Assembly (NCBI GenBank): GCA_016879935.1
Contig: JAACJQ010000356.1
Coordinates: 1 to 41,689 of the forward strand
DNA from: Archangiaceae bacterium
Lineage (GTDB): Bacteria; Myxococcota; Myxococcia; Myxococcales; Myxococcaceae
DNA length: 41,689 bases
Direction: 5' to 3'
In this document: positions 1 to 10,080 of the stretch, one piece after another
Position numbering within the stretch: position 1 is the first letter of the stretch
Layout of the letters: each line of letters starts with the position of its first letter
The notes under the pieces: generated by a model
Seen by the model: only the letters and a program-made list of their open reading frames with translations
Database searches by the model: none
What the model was told of the DNA's origin: nothing
Made by a program: the position numbers and the translations under genes

Positions 1-54
1 CTCGCCTAGTGGGTCGAAGGCCACTTCCTCACCCACCCCGAAGAAGACGAGGTC

Positions 55-756
55 GTGCTCGCGGCGCTGCTCGATCGAAACGAGCTGCAGCTCTCCGACA
101 TCATCGACTTCGACCACTTCACCGAGAACGGAGACGACGACCTCAAGTACGCCATCGGCCGCGGCTTCATCGACGTGATGGTGAAGCGCTACGGCACCGA
201 GTCGATTCACAAGCTGCTGCGCGCGTTCGGTGACGAGCAACTGCCGCCGAAGCTGGCGGGCGCGGCGTTGTGGCAGGCGACGTTTCAGCTCGCGGGGATG
301 GACCTGGGCCTCGTCGCAGACGACTTCTTCGGCACGCTCGAGAAGGGGCTCGAAGCGAAACGCGCGGTCGTCGATGCGTTGCCCAGGCCGCAGACGAAGC
401 TGGTCACGCAAGACGGGTGGCACGGCATCGAGGTGTCGGCCGAGCCCGTCGAGGCGCACCCGCGGCTGGTGATTCGATACCGCCCCGCCCCCGACAGCCC
501 GATGAACGAGTACGACCGCACGTGGGTGCGCAACGGTGACGTCGCGTGGCGCGAGGCCGAGGCGATTCAGCGCCAGCGCCTGTGCTTCCAGGCCGGGCTC
601 CAGCTCGCGAAGAAGGCGGTGCTGTTCGAGAAGTGGCAGTGCCTGCCGCTGAGCGCCGCTGCGAAGTGGGAGCCGCAGCCGGCCGAGCCGCCGCCGGAAG
701 AGACCATCGACTTCACCGAAGATGGTGGCGTGGTCGAGGCCGATGGCGGGGAGTGA
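55..756 (+). CDS. Hypothetical acidic protein (233 aa), no recognisable motif; GTG start just after an in-frame TAG at 7-9
   Basis: Complete ORF with strong GC3 bias. Upstream frame closed by TAG at 7-9, so the gene is not truncated by the window edge. No signal peptide or TM segment. Confidence 0.55.
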   Translation: MLAALLDRNELQLSDIIDFDHFTENGDDDLKYAIGRGFIDVMVKRYGTESIHKLLRAFGDEQLPPKLAGAALWQATFQLAGMDLGLVADDFFGTLEKGLEAKRAVVDALPRPQTKLVTQDGWHGIEVSAEPVEAHPRLVIRYRPAPDSPMNEYDRTWVRNGDVAWREAEAIQRQRLCFQAGLQLAKKAVLFEKWQCLPLSAAAKWEPQPAEPPPEETIDFTEDGGVVEADGGE

Positions 757-802
757 CCGAATCGGGTTGCTCGAGCGGCTCAGACTGTGAGTTCGTGCGC
801 CC

Positions 803-1444
803 ATGCGACGATGGCTCCTGACGGTGATGCTGCTGTTGCCGGTGCTCGCGCTGGCGGGAAACACCGCCGAGGTCGAGCTCGTCGGCTTCAGTGACGATGG
901 GTCGCTCTTCGCCTGGTACGACTTCGGCGTCGTCGACGGCGCGGGCTGGGGCTACGCCAACCTCTTCGTCATCGACGAGAAGGGCGCGAGCCTGACTCGA
1001 AAGCCCACGGTCGCGCACGATGGGAGCGCCGCCGAGGGCGAGCCACCCAGCCAGGCCGAGGTACTGGCGCAGCTCAAGGCGAAGACGGCCGCCGTGGTGA
1101 AGGCGAAGAAGCTGACGGACCCCGGCGTCGAGCTCTACACCTCGGGCACGGCGCGCTCGACCGCCTTCACGCTCGGCAACCGCCCCGCGAAGCTCACCAT
1201 CAAGACGAAGCCGTGGGCCGACGACGAGAGCGGGTTCTCCGGCGTCGAAGCGAGCATCGTGCTCACCGTTCAGGGCAAGGAGCGGGTGTTGCTCGCACCG
1301 ACGAAGGTGGGCGCGTCGATCAACCTGTCGTCGGTGCGGCTATCGAAGGGCGGCACCTCGCTCGCGGTCGTCGTGAAGTACGACGCGGTGAACGGCTTCG
1401 AAGGCGCCGACCGCCGCGTGATGGGTGTGCTCACGAAGCTGTGA
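803..1444 (+). CDS. Secreted hypothetical protein (213 aa) with N-terminal signal peptide (MRRWLLTVMLLLPVLALAG)
   Basis: Classic n/h/c signal-peptide architecture. Begins 47 nt downstream of the preceding ORF on the same strand. High GC3. Confidence 0.6.
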   Translation: MRRWLLTVMLLLPVLALAGNTAEVELVGFSDDGSLFAWYDFGVVDGAGWGYANLFVIDEKGASLTRKPTVAHDGSAAEGEPPSQAEVLAQLKAKTAAVVKAKKLTDPGVELYTSGTARSTAFTLGNRPAKLTIKTKPWADDESGFSGVEASIVLTVQGKERVLLAPTKVGASINLSSVRLSKGGTSLAVVVKYDAVNGFEGADRRVMGVLTKL

Positions 1445-1732
1445 GCGAGCTCGTCGGGGTGCGGCCGGCTCGTCAGGGCGCGCTGCCTTCGTCGTCACGC
1501 ACCCGCATGACACCCGTCGGCGTCAGCGTCGTCGTCCTCCAGCGCAACGCGGTGCTGCTCGCTGCGTTCGTGCGGGCGCGCTGACCGCCGCCGTGTCTTC
1601 TCTCCAGCTTCGCTGAAGCACCTCGCCTCGCTGGCTCGAGCTGACTCGAGACGCGCGCCCGAAGACGCACCTTCACGTCAAGCCTCCACCCGTCACCCGC
1701 GCGGCCTCACCGGCCGTCGCGAAGGAACCCGT

Positions 1733-3718
1733 ATGTCCACCACCACGCTGCAGAGAACCCGCTTGTTCGGCGTGCTCGCGCACGTCGACGCAGGCAAGAC
1801 CACCGTGAGCGAGCGCATGCTCTTCCTCAGCGGTCGCATTCACCGCATCGGAGAGGTTCACCACGGCAACACCACCCTCGACCACGGCGCCGAAGAGAAG
1901 AAGCACGGCATCACCATCTCGGCGGCGGCGTCGTCGTTTCGCTGGCAGCCTCACGGGCTCGCCGAACATCACCTCACGCTCATCGACACGCCGGGCCACG
2001 TCGACTTCGCCATCGAGGTCGAACGCGCGCTGCGGGTGCTCGACGGCGCCGTGGTGGTGCTCGACGCGTCACGTGGCGTGGAGCCGCAGACCGAGAGCGT
2101 GTGGCGCCAGGCCAGTACGCATGGCGTGCCGCGCGTCGTGTTCGTCAACAAGCTCGACGCGCCCGGTGCGTCGGTCGAACGCTGTCTTCACGACCTTCGC
2201 GAGCGCCTCGGCGCGCGCCCGCTCTTCCTGCAGTGCGTTCGGGAAGACGGCACGCTCGTCGACGTCATCGAGCAGCAGGCGCTCTCGTTCGGCGCCGACG
2301 GCACGGTGACGCGAAGCCTGGTCGACGAGACGGAGCGACGTGAGCTGCTCGTGCAGGAGCTCGCCGAGTTCGACGCCGAGGTGATGAACGTGTGGGCGCG
2401 CGACGAAGCGGTCGAGTCGTCGGTGCTGCATGCGGCCATTCGCCGGCTCACCTGCGCAGGGCAGCTCGTGCCAGTGCTCTGTGGGGCGGCGCTCAAGAAC
2501 CGGGGTGTGCCTCCGGTGCTCGACGCCGTGGTGCGCTACCTGCCATCGCCAGAAGACCGGGTGCTCTCGCACGGCCTCGTCGCGACAGGAGCCGAAGCGC
2601 CGGTTGGCTTCGTCTTCAAGACCGACGTCGACGCGCACGTCGGAAGCCTCGCGTGGGTGCGGGTCTTCCAGGGCACCATTCGCCCGTCAGACACGCTGGT
2701 CGTGCGACCTTCTTCGCGGAGGGAGCGCGTCTCGCGTGTGCTCGGCCTTCACGGCGGGCACTTCGAGCCGATGAAGGAACTCGGGCCCGGCGGCATCGCG
2801 GCGCTCGTGGGCCTCAAGTCGGCGAAGACGGGTGACACGGTCACGGCGGAGTCGCTCGAGGTCGTCTTCGAGCGGCTGGCCACCGTCGAGCCGGTGGTCG
2901 AGCTCGCCCTCACGGCGAAGTCGGGTGACGACCAGTCGAAGCTGGGCGAGGCGTTGCGGCGCGCGTGCCTCGAGGACCCTTCCTTGCGCGTTCGAATCGA
3001 CGACGAGACGGGGCAGACGGTGTTGTGCGGCGTCGGTGAGCTGCACCTCTCCATCTGGCTCGAGAAGCTCGCGCGTCGAGACGGGCTCGAGGTGAAGGCC
3101 TCGGCGCCGGCGGTGTCGTATCGAGACACCATCACCGGTGAAGCACGCGTGACGTACCGTCACGTTCGGCAGAACAGCGGCCCGGGCCAGTACGCGGTGG
3201 GGTCGGTGAAGGTCGCGCCGGCGCCACCGGGCACCGGGTTCTCGTTCGTCGACGACGTGGTGGGCGGCGTCATTCCCGCCGAGTTCATTCCCGCGGTGGA
3301 GCGGGGCGCACGCGCGGCGTTGCAGCGTGGCGTGCGTGAAGGCGTGCCGGTCGTCGACGTCGAGGTGACGTTGCTCGACGGGCTCATGCACGAGGTGGAC
3401 TCGAGCGCGATGGCCTTCGAGGTGGCGGGTTCGCTCGCGGTGCAGCAGGCCGTGGAGCGCGCCGGGTTGTGCCGCCTCGAGCCGGTGGCGAAGGCGCAGG
3501 TGACGGTGCCCGAGGCTCAGCTCGGCGCTGCGCTCGGTGAGGTGTCTGCTCGCCGTGGCGTGGTGCAGGGCATGAGCACGCAGGGCGCCGTCGCCGTCAT
3601 CGAGGCGGTGATGCCCATCGCCAGAACGTTCGGCTTCGTGACGAGCCTGCGAAGCCGTACCGAAGGGCGAGGCAGCGTGTCGCTCACGCACGCGGGCTTC
3701 GAGCCCGTGAAGTCGTAG
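1733..3718 (+). CDS. EF-G family translational GTPase paralog (661 aa)
   Basis: G1 AHVDAGKTT, G3 DTPGHVDF and G4 NKLD motifs. The stretch VEPQTESVWRQA..VPRVVFVNKLD is nearly identical to EF-G. Full five-domain length but shorter than canonical FusA. GAAGGA RBS 6 nt upstream of the ATG. Confidence 0.85.
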   Translation: MSTTTLQRTRLFGVLAHVDAGKTTVSERMLFLSGRIHRIGEVHHGNTTLDHGAEEKKHGITISAAASSFRWQPHGLAEHHLTLIDTPGHVDFAIEVERALRVLDGAVVVLDASRGVEPQTESVWRQASTHGVPRVVFVNKLDAPGASVERCLHDLRERLGARPLFLQCVREDGTLVDVIEQQALSFGADGTVTRSLVDETERRELLVQELAEFDAEVMNVWARDEAVESSVLHAAIRRLTCAGQLVPVLCGAALKNRGVPPVLDAVVRYLPSPEDRVLSHGLVATGAEAPVGFVFKTDVDAHVGSLAWVRVFQGTIRPSDTLVVRPSSRRERVSRVLGLHGGHFEPMKELGPGGIAALVGLKSAKTGDTVTAESLEVVFERLATVEPVVELALTAKSGDDQSKLGEALRRACLEDPSLRVRIDDETGQTVLCGVGELHLSIWLEKLARRDGLEVKASAPAVSYRDTITGEARVTYRHVRQNSGPGQYAVGSVKVAPAPPGTGFSFVDDVVGGVIPAEFIPAVERGARAALQRGVREGVPVVDVEVTLLDGLMHEVDSSAMAFEVAGSLAVQQAVERAGLCRLEPVAKAQVTVPEAQLGAALGEVSARRGVVQGMSTQGAVAVIEAVMPIARTFGFVTSLRSRTEGRGSVSLTHAGFEPVKS

Positions 3719-3729
3719 CCAGTCGAGGG

Positions 3730-3758
3730 GCCGCCAGCGGAATCGAATCGCTGGCGGC
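3730..3758. terminator. GC-rich hairpin: 10-bp perfect stem gccgccagcg/cgctggcggc with 9-nt loop, between convergent genes. Candidate bidirectional intrinsic terminator without a U-tract.
   Basis: Perfect inverted repeat read directly from the sequence. Sits in the 57-nt gap between the EF-G-like gene (+) stop and the SRPBCC gene (-) stop. Confidence 0.4.
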
Positions 3759-3775
3759 TCGGCTCGTTCAAAGGG

Positions 3776-4402
3776 CTACTTCGCCGCCCGCGCGCTCTCG
3801 AGCGCCGCGAGCAAGGTCTGGCGTGTCGAGCTGCGCTGCGTGCCGTGCACGATGAATGCGGGCACCGAGCCGGCCGGGTTGCTGAACATGATCAGCGACA
3901 CCTTCGTCTGGCCGTCCGCAGCGGGCTCGAAGGTCCACGACGTCCACAGCTGGTCCATTCGAACGACGCCCGCCTCGAGCGGAGGCGCCAGCTCGTTGGT
4001 GGCGTGGCCCCGAATTCGGCACACCCCCTTGTCGTCGATGCGACGCATCGAGGTCACCACGAGGTCGCGCGGTGAGACGACGGAGTTGCGCGTGCGCTGG
4101 TAGACGGACCTCCTGTCACCCGCGTCGTTCACCAGCTTCGAGATCTCGAGGTCAGGGTGTTTGGGCCCCGTGGTGACCCAGTCGAAGACGGCGGCGCAGA
4201 GCTGGGTGGTGGAGCCGGTGACCGCGATCGACGCGCGGTACTCGAAATACGCGGTGCCGCTGACGGGGCGTGACTCCAGGGTCACCGTGCCGGTCTCGAG
4301 CGCCTTCCACGAGGCGGCGTTCGAGAAGTCACTGGAGTCCCACACGGGCGTCGGGGCGGCTTGGGCGAGCGAGAGCAGCAGAATCGTGAATGGCATGGTC
4401 AT
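3776..4402 (-). CDS. Secreted SRPBCC (START/Bet v1-like) lipid-binding domain protein (208 aa)
   Basis: N-terminal signal peptide MTMPFTILLLSLAQAAP. Length and hydrophobic-pocket pattern typical of START/polyketide-cyclase SRPBCC superfamily. Family call from pattern recognition only. Confidence 0.5.
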   Translation of the reverse strand: MTMPFTILLLSLAQAAPTPVWDSSDFSNAASWKALETGTVTLESRPVSGTAYFEYRASIAVTGSTTQLCAAVFDWVTTGPKHPDLEISKLVNDAGDRRSVYQRTRNSVVSPRDLVVTSMRRIDDKGVCRIRGHATNELAPPLEAGVVRMDQLWTSWTFEPAADGQTKVSLIMFSNPAGSVPAFIVHGTQRSSTRQTLLAALESARAAK

Positions 4403-4481
4403 CGCGGGGGCAGAGGCGGCCAGTCTGCATCGCGGCGAGGCCTGCCGTCAGCCCCACCCTGGCGACAACACTGCGCGGCGC

Positions 4482-6008
4482 TCAGCGCTGAATGGCGACG
4501 CCTTGCGCCTGGTCGGTCGCGTCGCCACCGAAGTCGATGACCATGCCCTGGTTGGTCGCCGTGCCATTCGCGCCGTCGACCTGCACGCGGAAGAGCTCGG
4601 TGACGCAGGTGATGAAGACGGTGCCGGTCCAGGGGCCGCGCATGATCATGTCGCTCGACGAGCCCAGCGGCAGGCCGGTGACTGCGGTGCCGAGCGTGAC
4701 GCCCGTGGGCGAGACGACGACGGGCGTGGCGCGGTTGCGGAAGGGCTGTGAGACGAGCGCCACTCCGCGGGAGCCGTCGGAGTCGGGGTGAAAGACGATG
4801 TCGGCCGGTTCTCCGATGACCGTGTTGCGCATCACCAGGTTCGACGCCGAGCTGCTCAGCGAGATGAGCGAGAGGCCGGGCATGAACACCTCGTCGGAGA
4901 CGAGGAGCAGCCCACCGCGAGGAGACGCCGCGAAGCCAGTGGCGCCACCGATGGTGACGGGCGTGACGTGCGAGCGGGCCGCGTCGTACGGGTCGAACAC
5001 CATCACGCGCTCGGGGCGGTTCTGGAGGCCTGGGCCCACGGGCAGCAGCACGCGGCCCGACTCGGCCTCGACGTCGAAGCGCAGCGACGGCCCGGGAATC
5101 TCGGCTACCAGCGTGCCCGTCCCGAGGGTCGAGAGGTCTTCCGAGGGCGTGAACCGCCAGAGCCGATAGTCCGACGAGCCCTGCGGCGCCGAGCCCACGA
5201 CGTACAGGTGCCGGCCGTCGTGACTGAAGCGCGCGTCGATGACTTCACCCATCGGCGGCTTCACGCCGGCGTGCAGCACGCGCGCGTTCAGCGGGTTGGC
5301 GTCGAGCGGCGTCTCGATGATCGACAACGAGCCCGACGTGTCTTCCACCACCACCGTCGCGCGGCCGTGGGGCGCGGCGCGGTGCTGGTTGGGGCCCATG
5401 CCCGTCGTCAGCCGGCGGGTGCCCGTCAGCGCGGTGCCGTTCCACTGGCCGACGGTGATCTCGGTGTGCCTCGCGGTGACGCCACCGCCATCGAGCTGGA
5501 GGAGGGGATGCCCGATGGTGACGAGACGAGCCGTCGCCGGGTCGTTGCGCAGGTCGACGGGCGCGAAGCCCAGCAGCGTGCCGCCGCTCACCACCTCGAG
5601 CTGCACCCGCTCGTTGGAGGCGACGTCGTCGAACGACTGCCAGGTGAGCTCGCCGACGCCGCCGTCGCGGGTGCTGCCGCGCAGCAGCGTGGCCGTCTTG
5701 GTGCCGCCGTCGCTGCGAACGCGCAGCTCCCAGCCGTCGACCATCGAGCGCACCGCCACCGCGATGGGCCCGCGTCGTGGTGCGCTCGCCACGGTGATGG
5801 TCGCCTGGCCGGTCGAGGTCGAGCCACCGCCCTGGGCACTCCCACCTCCGGCGGTGCCGCCACCACTGCTGCCGCCGCCAGCCGACGCGATGCCGCCGCC
5901 GGTCAGGGAGCTGCCGCTGCCGCTGTCAGGGCGCGCGTTGCCGACGCTGCCGGTGTTGGTGCCGCAGGCGACTGAGAAGACGAGAACGCCGAGAAGAAGG
6001 GCTCGCAT
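4482..6008 (-). CDS. Lipoprotein with Gly/Ser-rich linker and predicted beta-propeller-like body (about 508 aa from the ATG at 6008; ORF extends to 6044)
   Basis: MRALLLGVLVFSVAC lipobox-type signal. Low-complexity GGGSSGGG tether. Repeated beta-strand-rich segments. No catalytic motif recognised. Confidence 0.6.
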   Translation of the reverse strand: MRALLLGVLVFSVACGTNTGSVGNARPDSGSGSSLTGGGIASAGGGSSGGGTAGGGSAQGGGSTSTGQATITVASAPRRGPIAVAVRSMVDGWELRVRSDGGTKTATLLRGSTRDGGVGELTWQSFDDVASNERVQLEVVSGGTLLGFAPVDLRNDPATARLVTIGHPLLQLDGGGVTARHTEITVGQWNGTALTGTRRLTTGMGPNQHRAAPHGRATVVVEDTSGSLSIIETPLDANPLNARVLHAGVKPPMGEVIDARFSHDGRHLYVVGSAPQGSSDYRLWRFTPSEDLSTLGTGTLVAEIPGPSLRFDVEAESGRVLLPVGPGLQNRPERVMVFDPYDAARSHVTPVTIGGATGFAASPRGGLLLVSDEVFMPGLSLISLSSSASNLVMRNTVIGEPADIVFHPDSDGSRGVALVSQPFRNRATPVVVSPTGVTLGTAVTGLPLGSSSDMIMRGPWTGTVFITCVTELFRVQVDGANGTATNQGMVIDFGGDATDQAQGVAIQR

Positions 6009-6107
6009 GGCGGCGCCGTCTACCGCAGCTCGCCGCAGCGGCACCGTCTCTGAAACCGCACACCCCGCTCGTCGACGAAACGTTCCTCCACTACGGTGGG
6101 CGCCATC

Positions 6108-7193
6108 ATGACGACGAAGCTGAAGGTCGGAGTTCTCGGTGCGACGGGCATGGTGGGCCAGCGGTTCGTCTCACTGCTCGCCAATCACCCCTGGTTCGAG
6201 GTGGTCGTGGTCGGCGCGAGCCCCTCGTCGGCCGGCAAGTCGTACGCCGAGGCCGTGGGAGGCCGGTGGTCGCTGCCCGGGGGCATTCCCGCTGCCGCCT
6301 CGAAGCTCACCGTCGTCGATGCGAGCGACGTGCAGAAGGTCGCAGGCCAGGTCGACTTCGTCTTCTGCGCCGTCGACATGCCGAAAGACGCGACCGCGAA
6401 GCTCGAGGAGGACTACGCGAAGGCCGAGACGCCCGTCGTCTCGAACAACTCCGCGCACCGGTGGACGAGCGACGTCCCCATGTTCATTCCCGAGATCAAC
6501 GATGGCCACGTCGCCGTCATCGACGCCCAGCGCCGCCGCCTCGGCACGAAGCGCGGGTTCATCACCGTGAAGCCGAACTGCTCGATTCAGAGCTACGTGC
6601 CCGCGCTCCACCCGCTCAAGGCGTTCGGGCCCACGAAGCTCGCGGTGTGCACGTACCAGGCGATCTCGGGAGCCGGGAAGACGTTCGAGTCGTGGCCCGA
6701 GATGGTCGACAACGTCATTCCCTTCATCAAGGGCGAAGAAGAGAAGAGCGAGCAGGAGCCGCTGAAGATCTGGGGCCAGGTCGTCGATGGCCGAATCGTC
6801 GCCGCCAGCTCGCCCACCATCACCGCGCAGTGCATTCGGGTGCCGGTCTCCGATGGCCACATGGCTGCGGTGTTCGTCGCCTTCGAGAAGAAGCCGACGA
6901 AGGAGCAGATTCTCGAGGCGTGGCGTGCGGCTTCGGGCAAGCCGCAGCAGCTGAAGCTCCCCAGCGCACCGACGCCGTTCCTCACCTACTTCGAAGACGA
7001 CGCCCGCCCGCAGACGAAGCTCGATCGCGACGTGGGCAACGGCCAGGGCATCAGCATCGGCCGGCTGCGCACCGACGCGGTGTTCGACTGGCGCTTCGTC
7101 GCGCTCTCGCACAACACCGTGCGCGGCGCCGCGGGTGGTGCCGTGCTCACGGCGGAGCTGTTGAAGGCCGAGGGCTGGCTCAGCGCGAAGTGA
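6108..7193 (+). CDS. asd: Aspartate-semialdehyde dehydrogenase, archaeal/fungal-type (ATG at 6108; alternative GTG at 6096)
   Basis: N-terminal Rossmann motif KVGVLGATGMVGQRF. Active-site Cys in NCSIQ. C-terminal dimerisation-domain pattern SHNTVRGAAGGAVL. Length about 361 aa. Confidence 0.9.
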   Translation: MTTKLKVGVLGATGMVGQRFVSLLANHPWFEVVVVGASPSSAGKSYAEAVGGRWSLPGGIPAAASKLTVVDASDVQKVAGQVDFVFCAVDMPKDATAKLEEDYAKAETPVVSNNSAHRWTSDVPMFIPEINDGHVAVIDAQRRRLGTKRGFITVKPNCSIQSYVPALHPLKAFGPTKLAVCTYQAISGAGKTFESWPEMVDNVIPFIKGEEEKSEQEPLKIWGQVVDGRIVAASSPTITAQCIRVPVSDGHMAAVFVAFEKKPTKEQILEAWRAASGKPQQLKLPSAPTPFLTYFEDDARPQTKLDRDVGNGQGISIGRLRTDAVFDWRFVALSHNTVRGAAGGAVLTAELLKAEGWLSAK

Positions 7194-7196
7194 CGT

Positions 7197-8450
7197 TCAG
7201 AAGGTGACCATCGCGGCCAGCTCTCCACCGAGCGCGAGGCGCCGGCCGCTGGTGCGCGTGGCGTCGAAGTCGGTCAGCTGGTGCTCGGAGTCGAGCACGA
7301 ACCCCTCGAGCATGAAGGCGAGGTACTTGCTGAGGCGCAGCTCGTAGCCGAGCGTTCCGCCAGCGTTGTGCAGCAGGCCGGGCCCCGTGCCCGCGAGCAC
7401 CGCCGTCGCCATCGACGGCATCGACCCATCGGCTGGCATCGACGGGTACGAGTACGAGGGGCGCACCGCAGACCGGTTCAGCACGCGCGCGAGGCCGGCC
7501 GTGCCATAGACGAAGTGCATGTCGGTGAAGCCGTGCCGCGCCGAGACGAAGCCGCCCCACTCGTCGACGTCCTGCGGGCCACCGAAGCCGAGACCCAGCA
7601 GGCCGATGTTGGCCATGTTGCGGCCGAGAGACAGCTCGGAGCGCACCGTGGTGCGGCCGAAGGTGACGTCGGCGAACGCGGTGACGCCGCCCGAGAGCGC
7701 GCGCCGCTGGCTCTGCGTGCCGAAGCCGAGCAGCACCGACGTCGCGATGCCCGAGACGCCCACCCGGCCCTTGCCGACGAGCCACGCGCCGCGCACCGCG
7801 AACGTCGGCACGCCCGACAGCTCGAAGGCGCTGTCCTTCGCGGTGGCGTTGGCGCCCTCCATGCCGACGGCGCCCGCGAGCTCGAAGCCGCCCACCACTC
7901 CGAGCACCTTCACCTGCTGGCGCATGAAGCCCGTGTTGCCCGAGAGGAACCGGGTGCCGACGAGGTTGGCGCCGTGGGCGTTCACCGGCGCGTGCAGGTC
8001 CCAGTCCTGGCCGGCGACGATGGAGAACTTCGGGGTGGGCGCCCACTCGATGCGCGCGAGCCGCAGGCGGGGCAGCGACACCACCGTCGGAGACGCCTTC
8101 GAGAAGTCGACGAAGTCGACTTCGAGCTGCCCGCGCACCTGGCCCGTCTCGTTCACGGCGAGGCCCAGCCGCGACTGGGCGACCTGAAAGGTGAGCCGTG
8201 GGTCGCCTGGCGCGACGGAGATGACGGGGTTGCCCGCAGCCGTGATGGCGCTCGCGTTGGGCTGCCCGAACGACTCCACGGCCCCGGAGGACGGAATGAC
8301 GGCAGGCTTCAACGTCGCGTACGGCCGCAACAGGCTGAGCACCGTCTCGGCGGCAGACGGCGGCTGCTGCACGCTCACAGCTGGCTGCTGCGGCTCTTCG
8401 GCCCGGGCCTGGTGCGAGAGCACCAACAGGATGATGACGAGGCGCTTCAT
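7197..8450 (-). CDS. Outer-membrane beta-barrel protein (putative porin/channel, 417 aa) with signal peptide [17 protein letters not shown] and C-terminal ...AMVTF
   Basis: Signal peptide. Alternating amphipathic beta-strand pattern. Terminal Phe typical of BAM-dependent OMPs. The 757-aa ORF in the track (7197-9470) is an artefactual upstream extension; the real ATG is at 8450. Confidence 0.7.
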   Translation of the reverse strand: MKRLVIILLVLSHQARAEEPQQPAVSVQQPPSAAETVLSLLRPYATLKPAVIPSSGAVESFGQPNASAITAAGNPVISVAPGDPRLTFQVAQSRLGLAVNETGQVRGQLEVDFVDFSKASPTVVSLPRLRLARIEWAPTPKFSIVAGQDWDLHAPVNAHGANLVGTRFLSGNTGFMRQQVKVLGVVGGFELAGAVGMEGANATAKDSAFELSGVPTFAVRGAWLVGKGRVGVSGIATSVLLGFGTQSQRRALSGGVTAFADVTFGRTTVRSELSLGRNMANIGLLGLGFGGPQDVDEWGGFVSARHGFTDMHFVYGTAGLARVLNRSAVRPSYSYPSMPADGSMPSMATAVLAGTGPGLLHNAGGTLGYELRLSKYLAFMLEGFVLDSEHQLTDFDATRTSGRRLALGGELAAMVTF

Positions 8451-9925
8451 GAGCGGCTCCCTGCGTCGAGCGAGTGCGTGCCTTCGATGAGCTGGTGAAG
8501 GTCGTGCACGACGTCTCGGAGCGAAGTCGCCTGGCCGTTGAGCTCCTGTGCGGCGCTGGCGATCTCTTCGGCGTTCGCGGCGGTGTGCTGGGTCGAGGTG
8601 TCGAGCGCGCGCAGGCCGTGGCCCACCTCGCCGATGTTGTCGGCCTGCTCCGACGAGGCCTTCGCGATGCCCGAGAGCAGCTCGCCGACCTGTCGCACGT
8701 CGTTGGCGAGCGCCGTGAACCCTGCGCTGCTGCCGGTGACGAGCGTGGCGCCTTCGGAGATGCCCGACACCGTGCGGTCGATGAGGTCGGCGCTCGTCTT
8801 CGAGGCCTCGGCGCAGCGCATGGCCAGCGCGCGCACCTGCTCGGCCACCACCGCGAAGCCGGCTCCTGCCGTGCCGGCCCGCGCCGCTTCGATGGCGGCG
8901 TTGAGCGCGAGCAGGTTCGTCTGAAACGCGATGTCGTCGATGGTCTTCACCACCTTGCTCACCTCGCGACCGGTCTCGGTGACGCGGCCCATGTGCGTGG
9001 TGACCTCGGCGAGCTGGCGGGTGGCGTGCTCGACCTGGTCGGTGGTCGCGCGCATCAGCCGCTGCACTTCTCCAGCGTCGTTCGCGTTTCGCTTCGTGCG
9101 CGACGACACGCCATCCATCGCGGTCGACGACTGCTGCAGCGCCGACGCAGACGAGATGGAGTCGTGCGCGAGCGACTCCGAGACGCGCGCCACCATCTGC
9201 GAGGCGTCGGCGACGTGGGCGCTGCCCTCCTCGAGCGACTCGATGGCCTGCTCGAGCGGTTTCGAGATGCGCCGCGCCACGACGATCGACATGATCAGCG
9301 ACGCCAGCAGGCCCAGCGTCGAGATCACCACGGCGATGCGAACGACCGCGTTGACGTTGGCGCGCACGTCGTCGGTGTACACGCCAGCGCCGATGACCCA
9401 GCCCCACCGCGGCATCAGCTTCACGTACGAGACCTTCGGCACCGGCGCCTCGGAGCCCGGCTTCGGCCACAGGTAGTCGACGTGCGCGTCGTGGTTGGGT
9501 GAGCCGCTGACGCCCTTGACCATTTCGACGAAGAGCAGCTTGCCCTTCGGGTCCTTCTTCGCCGACAGGTCCTGGCCGTCGAGCGCGGGGTTCATCGGGT
9601 GCATCACCATCGTGGGGTGCAGGTCGTTCACCCAGACGTAGTTCTCACCGTCGAAGCGCAGCCGCCTGAGGTGGTCGAGGGCCGCGGCCTGGGCCTGGGC
9701 CCGCGTCAACGTGCCCTTCACCTCGAGCTCTTCGTAGAGCGCCACCTGTGAGCTGGCGGCTTCGACCGCGGCCTGTGGGTACTCCGACCTCGCGTCGAGC
9801 AGCAGGTCTCGAAAGCGCCAGGTGGTCCACCCGAGCACACCCGCGATGATCAGGTTCGAGAGGATGATCAGCGTGACGATGCGTGTCTTCAGACTCGACG
9901 ATCGACTTCCACGGCGTTCGCTCAT
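8447..9925 (-). CDS. Methyl-accepting chemotaxis protein with periplasmic sCache_2 sensor, HAMP and MCP signalling domain (ATG at 9925, GAGG RBS; ORF extends to 9982)
   Basis: TM1 [18 protein letters not shown]. sCache_2 hallmark [17 protein letters not shown]2, then HAMP. Highly conserved MCP hairpin [16 protein letters not shown]. Stop TGA overlaps the ATG of the downstream OMP gene as ATGA at 8447-8450. Confidence 0.9.
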   Translation of the reverse strand: MSERRGSRSSSLKTRIVTLIILSNLIIAGVLGWTTWRFRDLLLDARSEYPQAAVEAASSQVALYEELEVKGTLTRAQAQAAALDHLRRLRFDGENYVWVNDLHPTMVMHPMNPALDGQDLSAKKDPKGKLLFVEMVKGVSGSPNHDAHVDYLWPKPGSEAPVPKVSYVKLMPRWGWVIGAGVYTDDVRANVNAVVRIAVVISTLGLLASLIMSIVVARRISKPLEQAIESLEEGSAHVADASQMVARVSESLAHDSISSASALQQSSTAMDGVSSRTKRNANDAGEVQRLMRATTDQVEHATRQLAEVTTHMGRVTETGREVSKVVKTIDDIAFQTNLLALNAAIEAARAGTAGAGFAVVAEQVRALAMRCAEASKTSADLIDRTVSGISEGATLVTGSSAGFTALANDVRQVGELLSGIAKASSEQADNIGEVGHGLRALDTSTQHTAANAEEIASAAQELNGQATSLRDVVHDLHQLIEGTHSLDAGSRS

Positions 9926-10080
9926 GAAGGACCTCTGGAGTCCGCCTGTGCAAGGTCGGCTCCAGCAGCGATCGAAGAGCAAAGTCAGCGAACTCTGTTG
10001 AGGGTCTGCTGAGATGGTGGCTCAGGTACAACCCGCCCCATTGTCAGAAGTGTGACGCAGCGTTGATCAGGGTCAGCCGA

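Noticed and set aside
1445-1732. 288-nt intergenic region before the EF-G-like gene, searched for tRNA/sRNA; contains ctcgagCTGActcgag
   Set aside because: No tRNA-like T-loop/anticodon architecture. The XhoI-site repeat is a 6-bp stem with a 4-nt loop and no U-tract, too weak to call.
2687-3691. 334-aa minus-strand ORF inside the EF-G-like gene
   Set aside because: Antisense shadow of a gene with unmistakable GTPase motifs; Arg/His-rich junk translation.
4788-5975. 395-aa plus-strand ORF overlapping the beta-propeller lipoprotein gene
   Set aside because: Arg/Ala-rich composition, no motif, antisense to a better-supported gene.
7197-9470. 757-aa ORF in the six-frame track
   Set aside because: Only the last 417 codons (from [11 protein letters not shown] at 8450) look like a real signal-peptide OMP. 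The upstream 340 codons are Arg/Gly/Ala-rich low-complexity antisense of the MCP gene, a GC-driven open frame.
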